Shown: positions 1-14,501, counted from the stretch's first letter. The stretch is DNA of 64,000 nt from Octopus vulgaris (GCA_951406725.2 OX597826.1:74214001-74278000); one strand, 5' to 3'. Program-made: numbers and translations. Notes: a model not told the origin generated them from the letters alone.

Positions 1-1063
1 TTGGTTTGTTTACATACCTATAACTTAGCAGTTCAGCCTAAGAGACCAACAGAGTTAGTACCGAACTTTAAAAACAAAAACAAAACCAAGCAAAAAGAAA
101 AAAAAAACGAAAATAAGGACCAAGGACGATTTGTTTGACTAAAAACCCTTCAAGGCAGAGCCCCAGCATGGCCACAGTCCACTGACTAAAACAAATTGAA
201 GATAAAAGACAAGAGATACAATTATATTATATTATATGCGATGCAGCATGGAGTTTTGTCAGTGAACAGGTCACGGTCTGAAAGCAACGAAAATATTTTG
301 ACAAATCAAATTTAAATGTTGAAGTGAATCTAATGGTTTTTATGTGTTTCTTAAATGGCTTATAAACACCTTCCACGCTGCAATTGTTTTCATTCCGGTG
401 CACGATCTCAGATCAGGTCACTTGCTATGCAAGTACATCTCCGTAATTATATTATTCTTCTCTCAATATAGACCTTCTTGAAAGAAAATCCCGGTTCTGA
501 AGAGAACACACACACACACACACCGATCTTGAAGATTGGTGTAATCAAAAACCAACAGTGATTCACATTAACCTTAGGAGAAAGAGATTTCATTCTTTGT
601 GGCGTCTTTGGAAATAAAGCATCAAAGAAAAACATCTAAGTTTGGTAATTCTAGTAGAATAGTCGGCAGAAGAGTTAAAGTGATATAACGTAATTTCATG
701 GCCAATAAGTCTCACTAATTGCTTGTAGAAATATAATTGTTGAATTTATAATTGTGGTGCCTTGTTTCTGAGGCTGTGATTCAGGGAATCTTTTGGTACG
801 GAGGTATGAGATGACAAAAGATTTTATGACCTCACATCATGATACATTTATAAACGTCTTCTCTGCGTGTGTGGGGTGGGGTTAGGGTGGGGGTGGGGGT
901 GGGGGTGGGGGTGGGGCTGTGCATAGGGTTGCGTTTTTCATTGTTGGGAAGCTTAGTGTTTTGCCTTCGTTTATCTCCATCATCTGTCTCTATGGATGTT
1001 TAATAACACGTGTGATGGAAGACTTACACTTGGGTACCCTATTTAGCATCCATAAACTCTCTC

Positions 1064-1082
1064 TTGTGTGTGTGTCTGTGTA

Positions 1083-1116
<34 letters not shown>

Positions 1117-1913
1117 CATGTGTACATGCGTGAATATGTGTGTATGTGTATACGTGCATATCGATGTTTATGTATGTATATGTGTGTGTGTGTGTGTATG
1201 TGCGTGTATGCATGTGTACATGCGTGTATATGTGTGTATGTGTATACGTGCATATCGATGTTTATGTATGTATATGTGTGTGTGTATCTGTGTGTGTATG
1301 TGTATTTGTATGCATATGTGTGTGTATTTTTGTGTGTGTACATGTATGTATACATGTGTGTGTATGTTTTTGCATGTGTATGCGAATGTGTGTGTATACG
1401 TGTGTATATGTGTGTGTGTGTATGTATATGCATATATATGTGTATGTATGTGTTTGCATGTGTATGTGAATGTGTGTGTATATGTGTGTGTGTATCTTTG
1501 TGCGTGTATGTGTATGTATATATGTGTATGTTTGCATGTGTATGCAAATGTGTGTGTATGTATGTGTGTATGTGTGTGTATCTGTGTGTGTGTATGTGTA
1601 TACATATATATGTGTGTGTGCATGTGTTTGCATGTGTATCTGAATGTGTATATATATGTGTGTGTGTGCATGTGTATGCATATATATTTGTGTGTATGTG
1701 TTTGAAAGTGTATATGAATGTGTGTGTATGTATCTGTATATGTATGTGTGTATCTTTGTGTGTGTGTATGCATATATATATGTGCATGTGTATGTGTTTG
1801 CATGTGTATGTGTATGTGTATGTGTGTGTATGTGTATGTGTGTGTATATGTGTGTGTATCTTTGTGTGTGTCTGTGCGTGTGTGTGTGTATGCATACATA
1901 TTTGTGTGTATGA

Positions 1914-1945
<32 letters not shown>

Positions 1946-1950
1946 AAGAG
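1064..1950. repeat. Compound (TG)/(TA) microsatellite
   Basis: Direct reading. Confidence 0.95.
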
Positions 1951-2413
1951 AGGCAATATGCCTGTGTGGTATGTGTTAGTATACTATGTGGTGCTTATCT
2001 GATTGCATATATGCATCAATATGGATAAATATGTGCATAGTATATATGTGTGTGTGTGTGTATGTGTGTGTGTGTGTGTGTGCATGTCATTTCATGTGTG
2101 TGTGTGATATGTATGCATACCATATAGGTTTATATGTATTATAACATGATTGTGATATATGTTGCTGGCATAAGATGTAGGGTTTGATATGGTAATATAT
2201 GAGTGGATATATATATATATGTGTGTGTGTGTGTGTAGATTTAGAGAAAGGTTTGTTCTCGAAATTGCTTATCCAAGTGAATAATGTTGCAGTTGGATGG
2301 AGACACTCAGGCAATTTATTCAGCAAATACTTGATAGACACCCAATCTGGTTTACAGAGAATATATCAAACTTTCATTATACAAATGACAGCCTGGAATG
2401 TACTAACGCTCTA

Positions 2414-2447
<34 letters not shown>

Positions 2448-2856
2448 GACAAATACATACATTCACACACATCATTGTCATCATCATCATCTTCGTCATC
2501 ATTTAACATCTGTTTGCCGTGTTAGTATATGTCGGATGGTTTGTCAGGATCTGGCAAGCCGGAGAGCCGCATCAGGCTCCGATTGACGGTTCTGCCATCG
2601 TTTCTATAGCTGGATGCCCTTCCTGGTGCCAGCCCCTTTACAAGAGTGTGCTGGGTGCTTTTTACAGGGCACCGTCACCAGTGTGACTCCAGTATGAGCG
2701 CTTTATACGTGACACTGGCATAGGTGCTATATAAGGGACACATGTATGTATGTATATGTATTTAAGTATGCATCTGTGTGTATATATATGTGTATATACT
2801 TACTGCTCTGTTCTTTACAGTGAATTTATTTTTCTGATATATGTTATAGTGACAAT

Positions 2857-2896
<40 letters not shown>

Positions 2897-2924
2897 CATA
2901 CATACATACATACATACATACATA

Positions 2925-2955
<31 letters not shown>

Positions 2956-3092
2956 GTTTAACGTCCGTTTTCCGCGCTAGCACGGGTTGGACGGTTTCGA
3001 TGGTGCTTTTTATGTGGGGGGGGGGGGGGGTATAGAAATATATAGGGGAGCACCAGTGGGGAGGGGTGGTTAAGAGAAATGCGATGTTTTTA

Positions 3093-3132
<40 letters not shown>

Positions 3133-4152
3133 TTATAATAAATAATGAATTATATATAATATATGGATTTGAGTGAGTGAGTGAGTGGATTTGGTAGACG
3201 GAAACTGAAAGAAGCCTATCGTGTATATATGTATGTATGTGTTTGTCCCCCCACAATCACTTCCCAACTGATGTTAGTGTGTTTACATCCTCGTAACTTA
3301 GCAGTTTGTCAAATGAGATCAATAGAATAAGTACTAGGCTTACAAAGAATAAGTCCTGGGGTCAATTTGTTTGACTAAAGGTGGTGTTCACACACACACA
3401 CACCTTTTCTGTTAGGAGGCACAAGCACATGTACACACACATGACAGTAAGTTCCGCCTACCAAATTCAATTACTAAGCTTTGGTTGGCCTGAGGCTATA
3501 GCAGAAGACATCTGCCCAAGGTGCCTCCACAGTGGGACTGAACCCAAAACCATGTGGCTGGGAAGCAAGCTTCCTAACCACACAGCAATGCCCATGCCTG
3601 CAAAAATGACCGACAACCCATTGCACTCTCAGAGTGGTTGGCATTAGGAAGGGCATCCAGCTGTAGAAAGCCATGCCAAATCAGACCGGAGCCTGGCACA
3701 GACTTCCAGCATGCCAGCCTAGTCAAACTCTCCAACCCATGCCAGCATAGACAATGGATGTTAAATGATGATGATGATGATGTATACATCAGTTTTGCTC
3801 TTTGTCACTTTAGTGATGTATATATTTCTGCCTCTAGGTTGTAAAATTGTGAATTAGTCACCCATAGTGTTTATAATTTTTACTTTTACCATTCATGAAA
3901 TCAGTTTATGATTTTAATGGAAATCTTATAAACTGACAGGGTGAGCTGAGTTTAACCCTAGGCACAGTGAAAGCCATCAATGAGCATTGAGATGCTTAAG
4001 CATCAAAATGTGAAATCATTGATGATCTGGCTGTATCTATCAGATCATTTAGAGTGAAATGTCCGATTTTGAACTGAAAGTTTATTTTATTTTATCTCAA
4101 CAAAAGCAATGCACCAAAATTATCGGCACAATTTTGCCATTTTATCGGTAGC

Positions 4153-5268
4153 TTATTTATGCTGGCAGTGAAGAATTCTGGAGAGCAAGAGGTGATGAAA
4201 TGACGAAAGGCTGTCTTTTGCATCTTCTCCAGATTTGAAGTTTTTTCTTTGCAAAAAGTTGTCTAATGTCTGGAAAACGTGACAATCAGTTGGTGTAAGG
4301 TCTGGTGAATATGGTGGATGACAGAGTAGTAACAAGTTCCATTCCTGTAACTTGAGTAGCATTCTTTGTGCAACAAGTGGTTGAGCATTGTCATGCAAAA
4401 GAATTGGCCTGTCTCTATTAACCAATCTCAGTTGTTTAATTGCAAGTTCACTCATCAATAAGGTGGATGAGGAATTTTTTCCCAATCAAGCTCTTTGATC
4501 TTCTGTGATGTGATCTTTGCAGTGTGGCATCACGCATTGTCCTGATGAAACATCACAACTTTTCGATTCACAAAGCAGGTCTTTTTTTCTTCAAAGCTTG
4601 GTTCAAATGCTCTAATTGCTGACAGTGGACTTGAGCATTGATTGTTGCATTAGGTGGTAACAATTCAAAGTGAATTACTCCTTTGCAATCCCACCAGATA
4701 GAGGGAACCTTTTTCCCATGAAGTTCCCTTCTCGGTTGTGGTTGAGCTTTTTCCCTTTTACCAAGCCTCAGTTTACGACGTTTAACATTTCGATAGAAGA
4801 TCCATTTTTCTTCACCAGTCACAAGTCTATCCAAAAAGGGTGAAATGAGTTCGCGAGAATGGAAAGAAGAGCAGATGTCAACTTGGGGTTTGCGGTTGCT
4901 TTCGGACAATACATGAGGCACCCATTTTCCAAGTTTAGGAATCTTTCTACGTTGTTGAAGATGACGACGAACAGTTGTATGGTTTGAACTAAGCTTTATT
5001 GCCAATTCTTCAACTGATAATGCAGGATTTTCTTCAAGTAATGCCTCAAGGAGCTTATCATCAAACTCAACTGGACATCCTGTTCGATCTTCATCTTCAA
5101 GGCTGAAATCTCCACTTCTGAATTTTGCAAACCATCTTCTGCAAGTTCTTTCATTCAAGCATTCTTTCCCATAAACTGAGTGTATGTTTCGAGTCGCTTC
5201 GGCTGCAGAGTTTCCTTTTTGTACTCATAAAGCATTATGTGCCTCAAATGCTCTTTGAACACTTCCAT
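4153..5268 (-). pseudogene. Mariner transposase pseudogene
   Basis: ATG at 5268 (MEVFKEHLRHIMLYEY), several frameshifts and stops, first catalytic D replaced by E. Confidence 0.9.
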
Positions 5269-5349
5269 GTTAGAAAGGGTTTTAATCAAAGAAATTTTAA
5301 TTCTATTATTCTGTAAAATAATATTTAATTAGTTTAAATGTACACAATT

Positions 5350-5798
5350 GGTGTAGGAGTGACTGTGTGATAAGTAGCTTGCTTACGAACCACATGGTTC
5401 CTGGTTCAGTCCTACTGCATGGCACCTTGAGCAAGTGTCTTCTACTATAGCCTCGGGCTGACCAAAGTCTTGTGAGTAGATTTGGTAGCCGGAGACTGAA
5501 AGAAGCCGATCGTATATTTGTATAGATGTGTATATATGTATGTGTGTGTATATGTTTGTGTGTGTATATGTTTGTGTGTTTATATGTTTGTGTGTCTGTG
5601 TTTGTTCCCCCAACATCGCTTGACAACTGATACTGGTGTGTTTACGTCCCCGTAACTTAGCGGTTCGGCAAAAGAGACCGATAGAATAAGTACTAGGCTT
5701 GCAAAGAATAAGTCCTAGGGTCGATTTGCTCGACTAAAGGCGGAGCTCCAGCATGACCACAGTCAAATGACTGAAACAAGTAAAAGAGTAAAAGAGTA
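5350..5798 (+). mobile_element. SINE family A (tRNA-like head, internal microsatellite, (GAGTAAAA)n tail), inside the mariner
   Basis: A/B-box head, more than 20 full or partial copies in the window. Confidence 0.9.
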
Positions 5799-6361
5799 AA
5801 TGCATAAAAATAATCTTTAATTCCATTAGACATTCTAAAATATTATTAAATTTAATTCAATTTAAAAAAAGGTAAAATCGGACAGAACTTATGGGATGAC
5901 CTGATAGTTACACAGCCATATCTCAGCCTCTCTCAGCATCCTGTCTTCTAACACCAATAGAATTTCTTCCTACTTCTACCACCACTCATTTAGAAGCATA
6001 TAAAAAAAGCCACACCTTTCTTTTATTAAAGATTCCCACTCTCTCTCTCACTTGTTCATTAGAAACATTGTCAACTGTAGAGAGACCCCTATTCCTTCAC
6101 TGTTTGTTCCCTCATAATTTCTAAGCACACAGTGGAATTGGAAGCTCAGTCTATTTGCCTCAATGAGTATCTGAAGAACCGGAATATCTCTCCATAACCT
6201 GACAAATTCTTAAAAGTACATGTGATTCACTTGTATTTTCTCCTTCTCTCTCTCTCGTTTTATTCCCCCTTTCTCTCTCACTCTCTCTCTCTCTCTCTCT
6301 TTCTATATATATATATATATATATACATATATGTATATACACACATATATACATACATACA

Positions 6362-6397
<36 letters not shown>

Positions 6398-6461
6398 TAT
6401 ATATATCATATATATATATCTATCAATCTGTCTATTTATCTATCTATATCAATCTATCTAA

Positions 6462-6532
<71 letters not shown>

Positions 6533-6769
6533 GATAAATAGATAGACAGATATAGATATATGTATATGTATAAATATTTGAGCTGTGACCAAGCTGGGGC
6601 ACAACCTTGAAGGCTGTAATCAAACTAATCGACCCCAATACTTTATTTTTTTCAAGTCTGGTATTAATTTTATCTTCTTTTTTTTTTTTTATTGCCAAAG
6701 CTCCAAGTTATGGGGAAGCAAGCAAACCAATACATGCTACACCCTGCCTTGGAAACTTCATTAGGGCTA

Positions 6770-7665
6770 TTTTCTGTCCAACAATTCTGGACATTTTTCT
6801 TGAATTGCTGCCTTTAAATTGTCCAGTTGCGAACAGTACTTCTCAAAATTAATTGACTGGTTACTTGGCAGAAGCTCATAGTACAGGATTCCTTTCCAAT
6901 CCTACCAGATGCAGAACTTGATTTCTTAGGATGAAGACCTGCTTTTGAGGTGGCTAAAGGCAGCTCACTTCGCTTACCCCAGGATATTCTTCACTGGACA
7001 TTGTTGTAAACGATCCATTTCTCATCACCTGTCACAATCTGCTTCAAAAAGGGTGCATTTTCATTACATTTATGCAAAGATAGATGCAATCCAAAAGATT
7101 CTTTTCACTCAAATCATATGGTACCCAGACATTGTAGCGATTTGAGTACCCAAGCTTCACTAAGTGTTCATGGAGGGTGGATTTTGATAAATTTAGTGTT
7201 TCCGCCAATCCCCGCATTGTGTAATGCAGGTTATTCTCAATTAAATATCTTGATTTGGTTATCATCTGAAGTGGGGGACCTGCCTGAGTGTTCTTCATCA
7301 ATAAGGCTACAATCACTAGCTCTAAAAGTAGCGAACCATTTCTGTACAGTTCTGTCAGCTAAAGCACTTTCATCATACACAGTGCAAATCTTTTTTGTTG
7401 CTTGTGAGGCATTTTTGTCTTTACGGTAATAAAAAAGCATCAAGTGTCTAAAATGCACTTTATAATATCTTCCATTTTCATAGAGATGCAAATTATTTAG
7501 TGCATGACATGCACTGAATAATTTTAAACTTTCTTTTTCGAGAGATAGTTTGAATTGCATGCTAATTGGAAATGTAAGCATATTATATGTTATATGAGTC
7601 AATAAATTTGATGTGTTCTAACATGTTGGAACATGAACAACTGAAAATTGACATGAACTTTCCAG

Positions 7666-7668
<3 letters not shown>
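6770..7668 (-). mobile_element. Second mariner family, 3'-truncated transposase pseudogene
   Basis: HFRHLMLFYYRK...RTVQKWF, WVPYDL, IVTGDEKW, AGLHPKK fragments broken by frameshifts. Confidence 0.9.
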
Positions 7669-7714
<46 letters not shown>

Positions 7715-7748
7715 TACACACACATATACATACATATATACATACATG

Positions 7749-7804
<56 letters not shown>

Positions 7805-8910
7805 CAACAACACACACACACAAATATACACATACATATATATATGTATGTGTGTGTGCATTTGTCCTGTTCTCGCTTGACAACTGATGTTGATTTGTTT
7901 ATGTTCCTGTAACTTAGTGGTTCAGCAAAAGAGACAAATAGAATATGTACCCGACTTTAAAAAAAAAATATTAGTACTGAGGGTGGTGGTTGGGGGTCGA
8001 TTTGTTCGACCAAACCCTTCAAAGGCAGTGCCACAGAATGGCTGCAGTCCAATGACTGAAACAAGCAAATGATAAAATAAGGGACACGATAACTAAGCAG
8101 AGGATCTCCACAACAGAATGAAAGTTTTCATTTTATGATCCCAACAACTCTATTAGGTCTGTTGCGGCAGGATGGATTTGGCAGAAATTTGATATAAATA
8201 TTTCAAGAACATTCACCGTGTAGGAATAATATGGCTGTTCTGAACATCAAGAATATTTTTAATCTATTTATCTTAAAGCAGTGTTTCCTATGCGTATTAC
8301 ATGATTTTTTCCCCCCATTTGTGTCATATTTAATATTTTTGGTCAAATTTTGGTGAGGTTTATCAGCATCGTTGTTGATCTTTTGTTGAACAGGCATTTA
8401 GTAGCGTGGTCTTACTTTTGTATCGTACAAGCACGTCTTTCAAAATATGTCATGATGTAATGATCTCACGTCTAAAAGAGATTGTGCTCCTCGTGTATTG
8501 ACATTGTGATCGAGTTACCAAGAAAACATTCCCAAGAATAATAATATTTGGTTGAAAGCATAATGCTTCTCTGATATATATCATCATCATCATCATTTAA
8601 CATTCTGCCTGCTATGCTAGCATGGATATATATATATAAAATACAAAATGGGACAAGTACGCCGGCATACGTACACTTTGGTCTCTTATATGTAAATATA
8701 TATATGTATACATACACACACACACACACACACACATACATATATATGCATATAAAAATATGTATTTGTGTGTATATATATGTAATCTATTTATATATAT
8801 ATCTTTGTGTGTATGTATAATCTCTCTCTCTCTCTCTTTATATATATTTGTGTGTGTATATATATATATATATATTTTTTACTACCCATGAGGGGCTAAG
8901 CACAGAGGGG

Positions 8911-9236
8911 ATGTATGTATGTATGTATGTATGTATGTATGTATGTATGTATGTATGTATGTATGTATGTATGTATGTATGGATGGATGGATGGATGTAT
9001 GTATGTATGTATGTATGGATGTATGTATGTATGCATGCATGCATGGATGTATGTATGTATGTACGTATGTATGTATGTATGTATGTATGTATGTATGTAT
9101 GTATGTATGTATGTATGTATGTATGTATGTATGCATGCATGCATGGATGTATGTATGTATGTATGTATGTATGTACGTATGGATGTATGTATGTATGTAT
9201 GTATGTATGTATGATGTATGTTTGTATGTATGTATG

Positions 9237-9268
<32 letters not shown>

Positions 9269-9360
9269 GATGTATGTATGTATGTGTGTATGTATATATG
9301 TATGTATGTATGGATGGATGGATGGATGGATGGATGGTTGGATGTAGATATGTATGTATA
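8911..9360. repeat. (ATGT)n/(ATGG)n microsatellite
   Basis: Direct reading. Confidence 0.95.
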
Positions 9361-9817
9361 GGTGAAACCTTCATTATTGCAGTGGTGCTAGAAAAAACAG
9401 CAATATCAGAGAATGAGATGAGCAGAATCCAGCCCCGCATCCTTTCGATTTCAGCTGAATGCTTTCTCAGGTTTTTCAGATTAAACTGAGGACCTACCAG
9501 CATTTCTGTCTCCCATTTATGATGTTCTAAACCTGTCCATGTTTAGTCAGCCATTTAAGTGGCATCCTGCTGGAAATATCCAACTTTCTTCCATTACAGA
9601 TGGCAAAACATTTAGATACACACCATCACACACACATACACACTTGTGCACTATCACACACATACACCACTTATGTACCATCACATGCATACACACATGA
9701 TATCTAAGTCTCTGTATGTGTACGATGAATGATTTAAATGTATCAGAATACTGGATATATATATATATATGAAGGTGGATGTTAAATGATGATAATATAT
9801 ATATATATATATATATA

Positions 9818-10238
9818 GGCGCAGGAGTGGCTGTGTGGTAAGTAGCTTGCTAACCAACCACATGGTTCTGGGTTCAGTCCCACTGCGTGGCACCCAGGGC
9901 AAGTGTCTTCTACTATAGCCCCGGGCCGACCAATGCCTTGTGAGTGGATTTGGTAGACGGAAACTGAAAGAAGCCTGTCGTATATATCTATATCTATATA
10001 TATATATATATATATGTATGTTTGTGTGTCTGTGTTTGTCCCTCTAGCATTGCTTGACAACCGGTGCTGGTGTGTTTATGTCCCTGTCACTTAGCGGTTC
10101 GGCAAAAGAGACCGATAGAATAAGTACTGGGCTTACAAAGAATAAGTCCCGGGGTCGATTTGCTCGACTAAAGGTGGTGCTCCAGCATGGCCACAGTCAA
10201 ATGACTGAAACAAGTAAAAGAGTAAAGAGTAAAGAGTA
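9818..10238 (+). mobile_element. SINE family A, full length
   Basis: Matches family consensus head to tail. Confidence 0.9.
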
Positions 10239-10506
10239 TATAGATAGATATAGATATAGATATATATTTGAACAAATAAGTGACACAACATCAGTAAAGA
10301 AATTTGAGAAATTTGAGAAGAAAATGTGAAACTGGTTATTTCTCCAAAAACAATGTCATTATGCACAAAATTTTATATCATTTTCCTAGCATGACGACAT
10401 GAACAAAAATTTTAACCATATAATACAAGTCTTCTGTAATTTTTTCATTCTATTTTGTTTTTCATACATCCAACCATGTGCTTTCACATACCAACCCTCT
10501 CACACA

Positions 10507-10540
<34 letters not shown>

Positions 10541-10543
<3 letters not shown>

Positions 10544-10929
10544 TCTTTACTCTTTTACTTGTTTCAGTCATTTGACTGCGGCCATGCTGGAGCACCGCCT
10601 TTAATCGAGCAACTCGAACCCGGGACTTATTCTTTTGTAAGCCCAGTACTTATTCTATCGGTCTCTTTTGCCGAACTGCTAAGTAACAGGGACATAAACA
10701 CACCAGCATCAGTTGTCAAGCAATGCTAGGGGGACAAACACACACATATATAAATATACATATATACGACGGGCTTCTTTCAGTTTCCATCTACCAAATC
10801 CACTCACAAGGCTTTGGTCGGCCCGAGGCTATAGTAGAAGACACTTGCCCAAGGTGCTACGCAGTGGGACTGAACCCGGAACCATGTGGTTGGTAAACAA
10901 GCTACTTACCATACAGCCACTCCTGCACC
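10541..10929 (-). mobile_element. SINE family A, full length
   Basis: Reverse complement of consensus. Confidence 0.9.
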
Positions 10930-11044
10930 TTATTTCTTATATATATATATAAGAAATAATTGAGATTCAGTTGAATTAGGCACTTAAGTTGAAGCACCAA
11001 GTCAGTCTGGTATTATTCGCACAGCTTGAAGCAAGGTGAATGAA

Positions 11045-12923
11045 ATCAAAATAAATAACAGGATATCAAGTAGTAATGTAGTACGACCATTTCAATTGAC
11101 TCCATTTAATTGAACAATGCAATCATTCCATCAATTTAAATGCAGGGCTATCATCAGCTGCACAAATACATTTAAGTATTTTCGAAATTAGCGATTATAG
11201 GTGCCTTACTTGAACTTTGATGGTGGAAATTAATATTGGTATCATATTTGTTGTAAACTTACCCTCTAGTATTATATATAATAAAATCATGGGATATTGG
11301 GTTTTATGGTGAATTAAATTGCATTGCATATGTTATAAGCTATATGTTTATGGTATGCGGTGTGCTACATGTAATTACTATCCCATGGAAACTCCTGCCT
11401 AGTTAGTCTGACCTCATCATATTTTTGGTGATTAAACTATTTGTTCCTTTCTATGATGTTCTACCCTCCTGGTCATATTATGTATATTTGTAATGGCTTT
11501 TATGTAAGTAAGTCTCCTAATTATACACCCCCTAGAATCTATAAAATCATATATGTAACAGTATCAATAACATTGAAACTTATAAAATCTCTTTGGTCGG
11601 AATACCTCCAACTGCCCTCATTACTCCCATACCTACTACTTCCTCTTTTAGGGGTACCTTTATCTCTTCCCTACCTCAAATTTTAATACCCAGTTCTCTT
11701 TAAATGTAGGTTATATATATTTCATATCATTTTCTATAAATTCTTATTATTTTGGTTTCTTACTTTGATATCCTTACCTATTAACCCCTTTTCCCTTAAA
11801 TTTCTTACTGTTCTTAAATAGTGATTTTTCAGCTACTAGGTCCATGCAAGATGGTTATACTATATCCAAACAAACAAATAAATATTTGTATATGTGTATA
11901 TATGCATATATGTGCATAACCTATTAACCTCATATCCCTTATAAATTAATTTTCTTGTTCATAAATTTTTTAGTTATTTAAGCCTATGTGAGATCATTAT
12001 ACTATATCCATATAAACGTATAACTATTTGTGTATGTGTGCACATAGATAAATATATGTGTGTATCTGTACACATCTTTATTTTTTCTGGTTCTTGGCTT
12101 ATAATTAATATATAGATAGTATAATTATCTTTCCAGTATTCCATGAGTAAATGCCCTGAGCAGTCTTTATAGAAACCACCTAACAAGTGAATAATTAAGT
12201 ACATGAACGAATATTAAACTGATTCTATGTAATCTTTCCTTTTTAATGTTGAAAATTGATATATATTCACATTTTACCTATTTTGGTTATGATATCATTT
12301 TTGATAATCTTAAATTTTATCTTTATGCACCATAACAATATTGTTTATAAACAATCACCCATATTACCCCATGAGAAAATTTCCTCTGTATTAACATCAT
12401 AGGTTTTATTAGTGTCTTGCCCCTTTAACTGGTAATTAACATCATGATTTAGGATCTTTCCCTACCTAGCCTCCTTTATAGACAGTTACTTTATACCCAA
12501 TTTACTATTCCTAATATCTTGACATTATTTATGACCATACCTAGCCATTAGCTGTCACCTCACTCTTGCCCTTCATTCCAAACAGACACAGTCATTTAGT
12601 CTTAGAGTTAGTAGTTGATAAAAGACATAAATTAGAAATGAACCACAATCCCTTACAAGCTATGACCCCAGTAAGCTTCATGCCCTTCTTGGAAGTGTAG
12701 TCTATTCTTAGCTACAACATGGACTTCTTCCATCTTCTTGCTTTGTTAAAGTATTTGAGCAAAATTATATTAATGTGTCCAAGTGATTAAAATTCTATTT
12801 ATTTGTGCAGCTGATGATAGCCCTGCATTTAAATTGGTGTAATGATTGTATTGTTCAATTAAATGGAGTCAATTGAAGCGGTCCTACTGCATCACTTCTT
12901 GACATCCTGTTGCTTATTTTGAT
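11045..12923. repeat. Inverted pair of ~125-bp repeats (11045-11168 and 12800-12923) with degenerate hammerhead core
   Basis: Direct reverse-complement comparison; consensus tgcag CTGATGA...GAAA cggtcg TA ctgca. Confidence 0.75.
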
Positions 12924-12936
12924 CTTACACACACAC

Positions 12937-12983
<47 letters not shown>

Positions 12984-12995
12984 CATGCATATATA

Positions 12996-13057
<62 letters not shown>

Positions 13058-13789
13058 TTATATATATATTTTTATATATACATATAAACATGGAGCAAAA
13101 ACGTAATTGAGGGCATTAAAACGTTTGGACAGATAGACGACACAAAGGTAGACAAGAAAAACAACAATTTGAAGGACAGGCGTAAAAAGACGGGTCTTTC
13201 TTGGTTTTCTTTCATCACTCAAGTCTCAGAAGTCACGACCACTTCAGACAGTTACACTTGAGATGGTTCGATCTTATTGCCCCCAAAAGAGTCTAAGCTA
13301 AGAGCATTAGACCCCTTTGTAAGAAAGCTAGCAAATGTGTACGGCAACAAAGATAAAACAAGCAAACAAAAAATAAATGGAGAACTTGGTACACAATTAT
13401 GAATACAAACAACAACAAATAACAACAGGCATCTCTCGATAGAACGAATCAGATTGAGCTGGCGTGTATGAAGTAAAAGCCTAAAGGTAAGACCATGGGA
13501 GATGGATACAAGAGGTGTTGACAGTCGGCAGTCAGGCCAAGAAAGAAAGATCATGGCTGGCCGGACACTGGTGGTCACATGGAAGGAAGAGAGATGGGTA
13601 AGGTTGTTGAAGTTTTGCATTGATTATACACTCCATCAGCAAAGGTACGTGGCTTAGAGGTTAGGGTATTCGGTTCATGATTATTAAGTTATGAGTTCAA
13701 TTCCCAGTGGTGCATTGTACTCTTGAGCAAGGCATTGTTTTGTTGGTATTTAATTTATTGATCCCAAAAGGATGACAGACAAAGTCATG

Positions 13790-13838
<49 letters not shown>

Positions 13839-14410
13839 TGATGATGATAATAACAACAACAACATTACTATATTACTGAGTATATATGTGTATATATGTA
13901 TGTGTCTATATGTGTGAGCATATATATACGTATATATATTTGTGTGTTTGAGTATGGGAATGTGTGTGTGTGTATATTAATGTGTGTGTATATATATATG
14001 CATTATTTTGCACTTGAGAATAAATTATCTTCATGTCCCTCTCTCTCTCTCTTTCTCTCTGTCTTTCTCTCTGTCTCTCTCCACACACACATATATAAGG
14101 GGAGAATTCACAAAAAAACAAAAGACGAAGACCAATGGTGTAGACAACAAACAGATGTATTAGTATAACGCTGGGAAAGTGAAAAAGTCCTTAACATTTC
14201 GAGCCTGTACTCTTCCACAGAAAGGAACACAGAAAGAAAAATGGAGAGAAACTAAAGAATGTGTAGTGGCTAGCGATCTATGATGGTGAATGCCGGACAG
14301 AAGGGTCACACGGGAGAGTTAGGGAGGAGAAGGGGATGTTATACCTTGCCAAAGGTCAACCCGTAACTATGCAGAGCATGGTCATCACTCTGTGAGGGAT
14401 TTTCAAAATA

Positions 14411-14501
14411 CCTGCATACCCGTTCAGCCACCCTGCATACCCGTTCAGCCACCTTGCATACCCGTTCAGCCACCCTGCATACCCGTTCAGCCACCCTGCA
14501 T
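14411..14501. repeat. 21-bp minisatellite CCTGCATACCCGTTCAGCCAC x4.3
   Basis: Four near-identical units, one substitution. Confidence 0.95.

Larger units (their letters stand above)
4040..5904 (-). mobile_element. Mariner (Tc1/mariner) DNA transposon, defective and chimeric, with a SINE inserted at 5350-5798
   Basis: TA flanks (4038-39, 5905-06); related but diverged ~31-bp TIRs (TCAG.TCAT...TGTCCGATTTT); transposase motifs WVPHVL, VTGEEKW, HDNA, HPPYSPDLTPTD. Confidence 0.92.

Noticed and set aside
447-635. Minus-strand 62-aa ORF as exon of a neighbouring gene
   Set aside because: No recognisable motif or partner exons
919-2028. 369-aa and overlapping Cys/Val/His-rich ORFs
   Set aside because: Translations of a (TG)/(TA) microsatellite that lacks stop codons; open in all frames
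5306-5626. Recurrent short ORFs such as LLSVSVYQIHSQG and FSFRLPNPLTRLW
   Set aside because: Antisense translations of SINE family A copies, not a protein family
8838-9503. MYVC/HTYI repeat ORFs (also at 18981-19784 and 59275-60082)
   Set aside because: Microsatellite artefacts
14411-14501. CRISPR-like appearance of short regular repeats (also 40645-41530)
   Set aside because: Head-to-tail units without unique spacers, eukaryotic context, no cas genes
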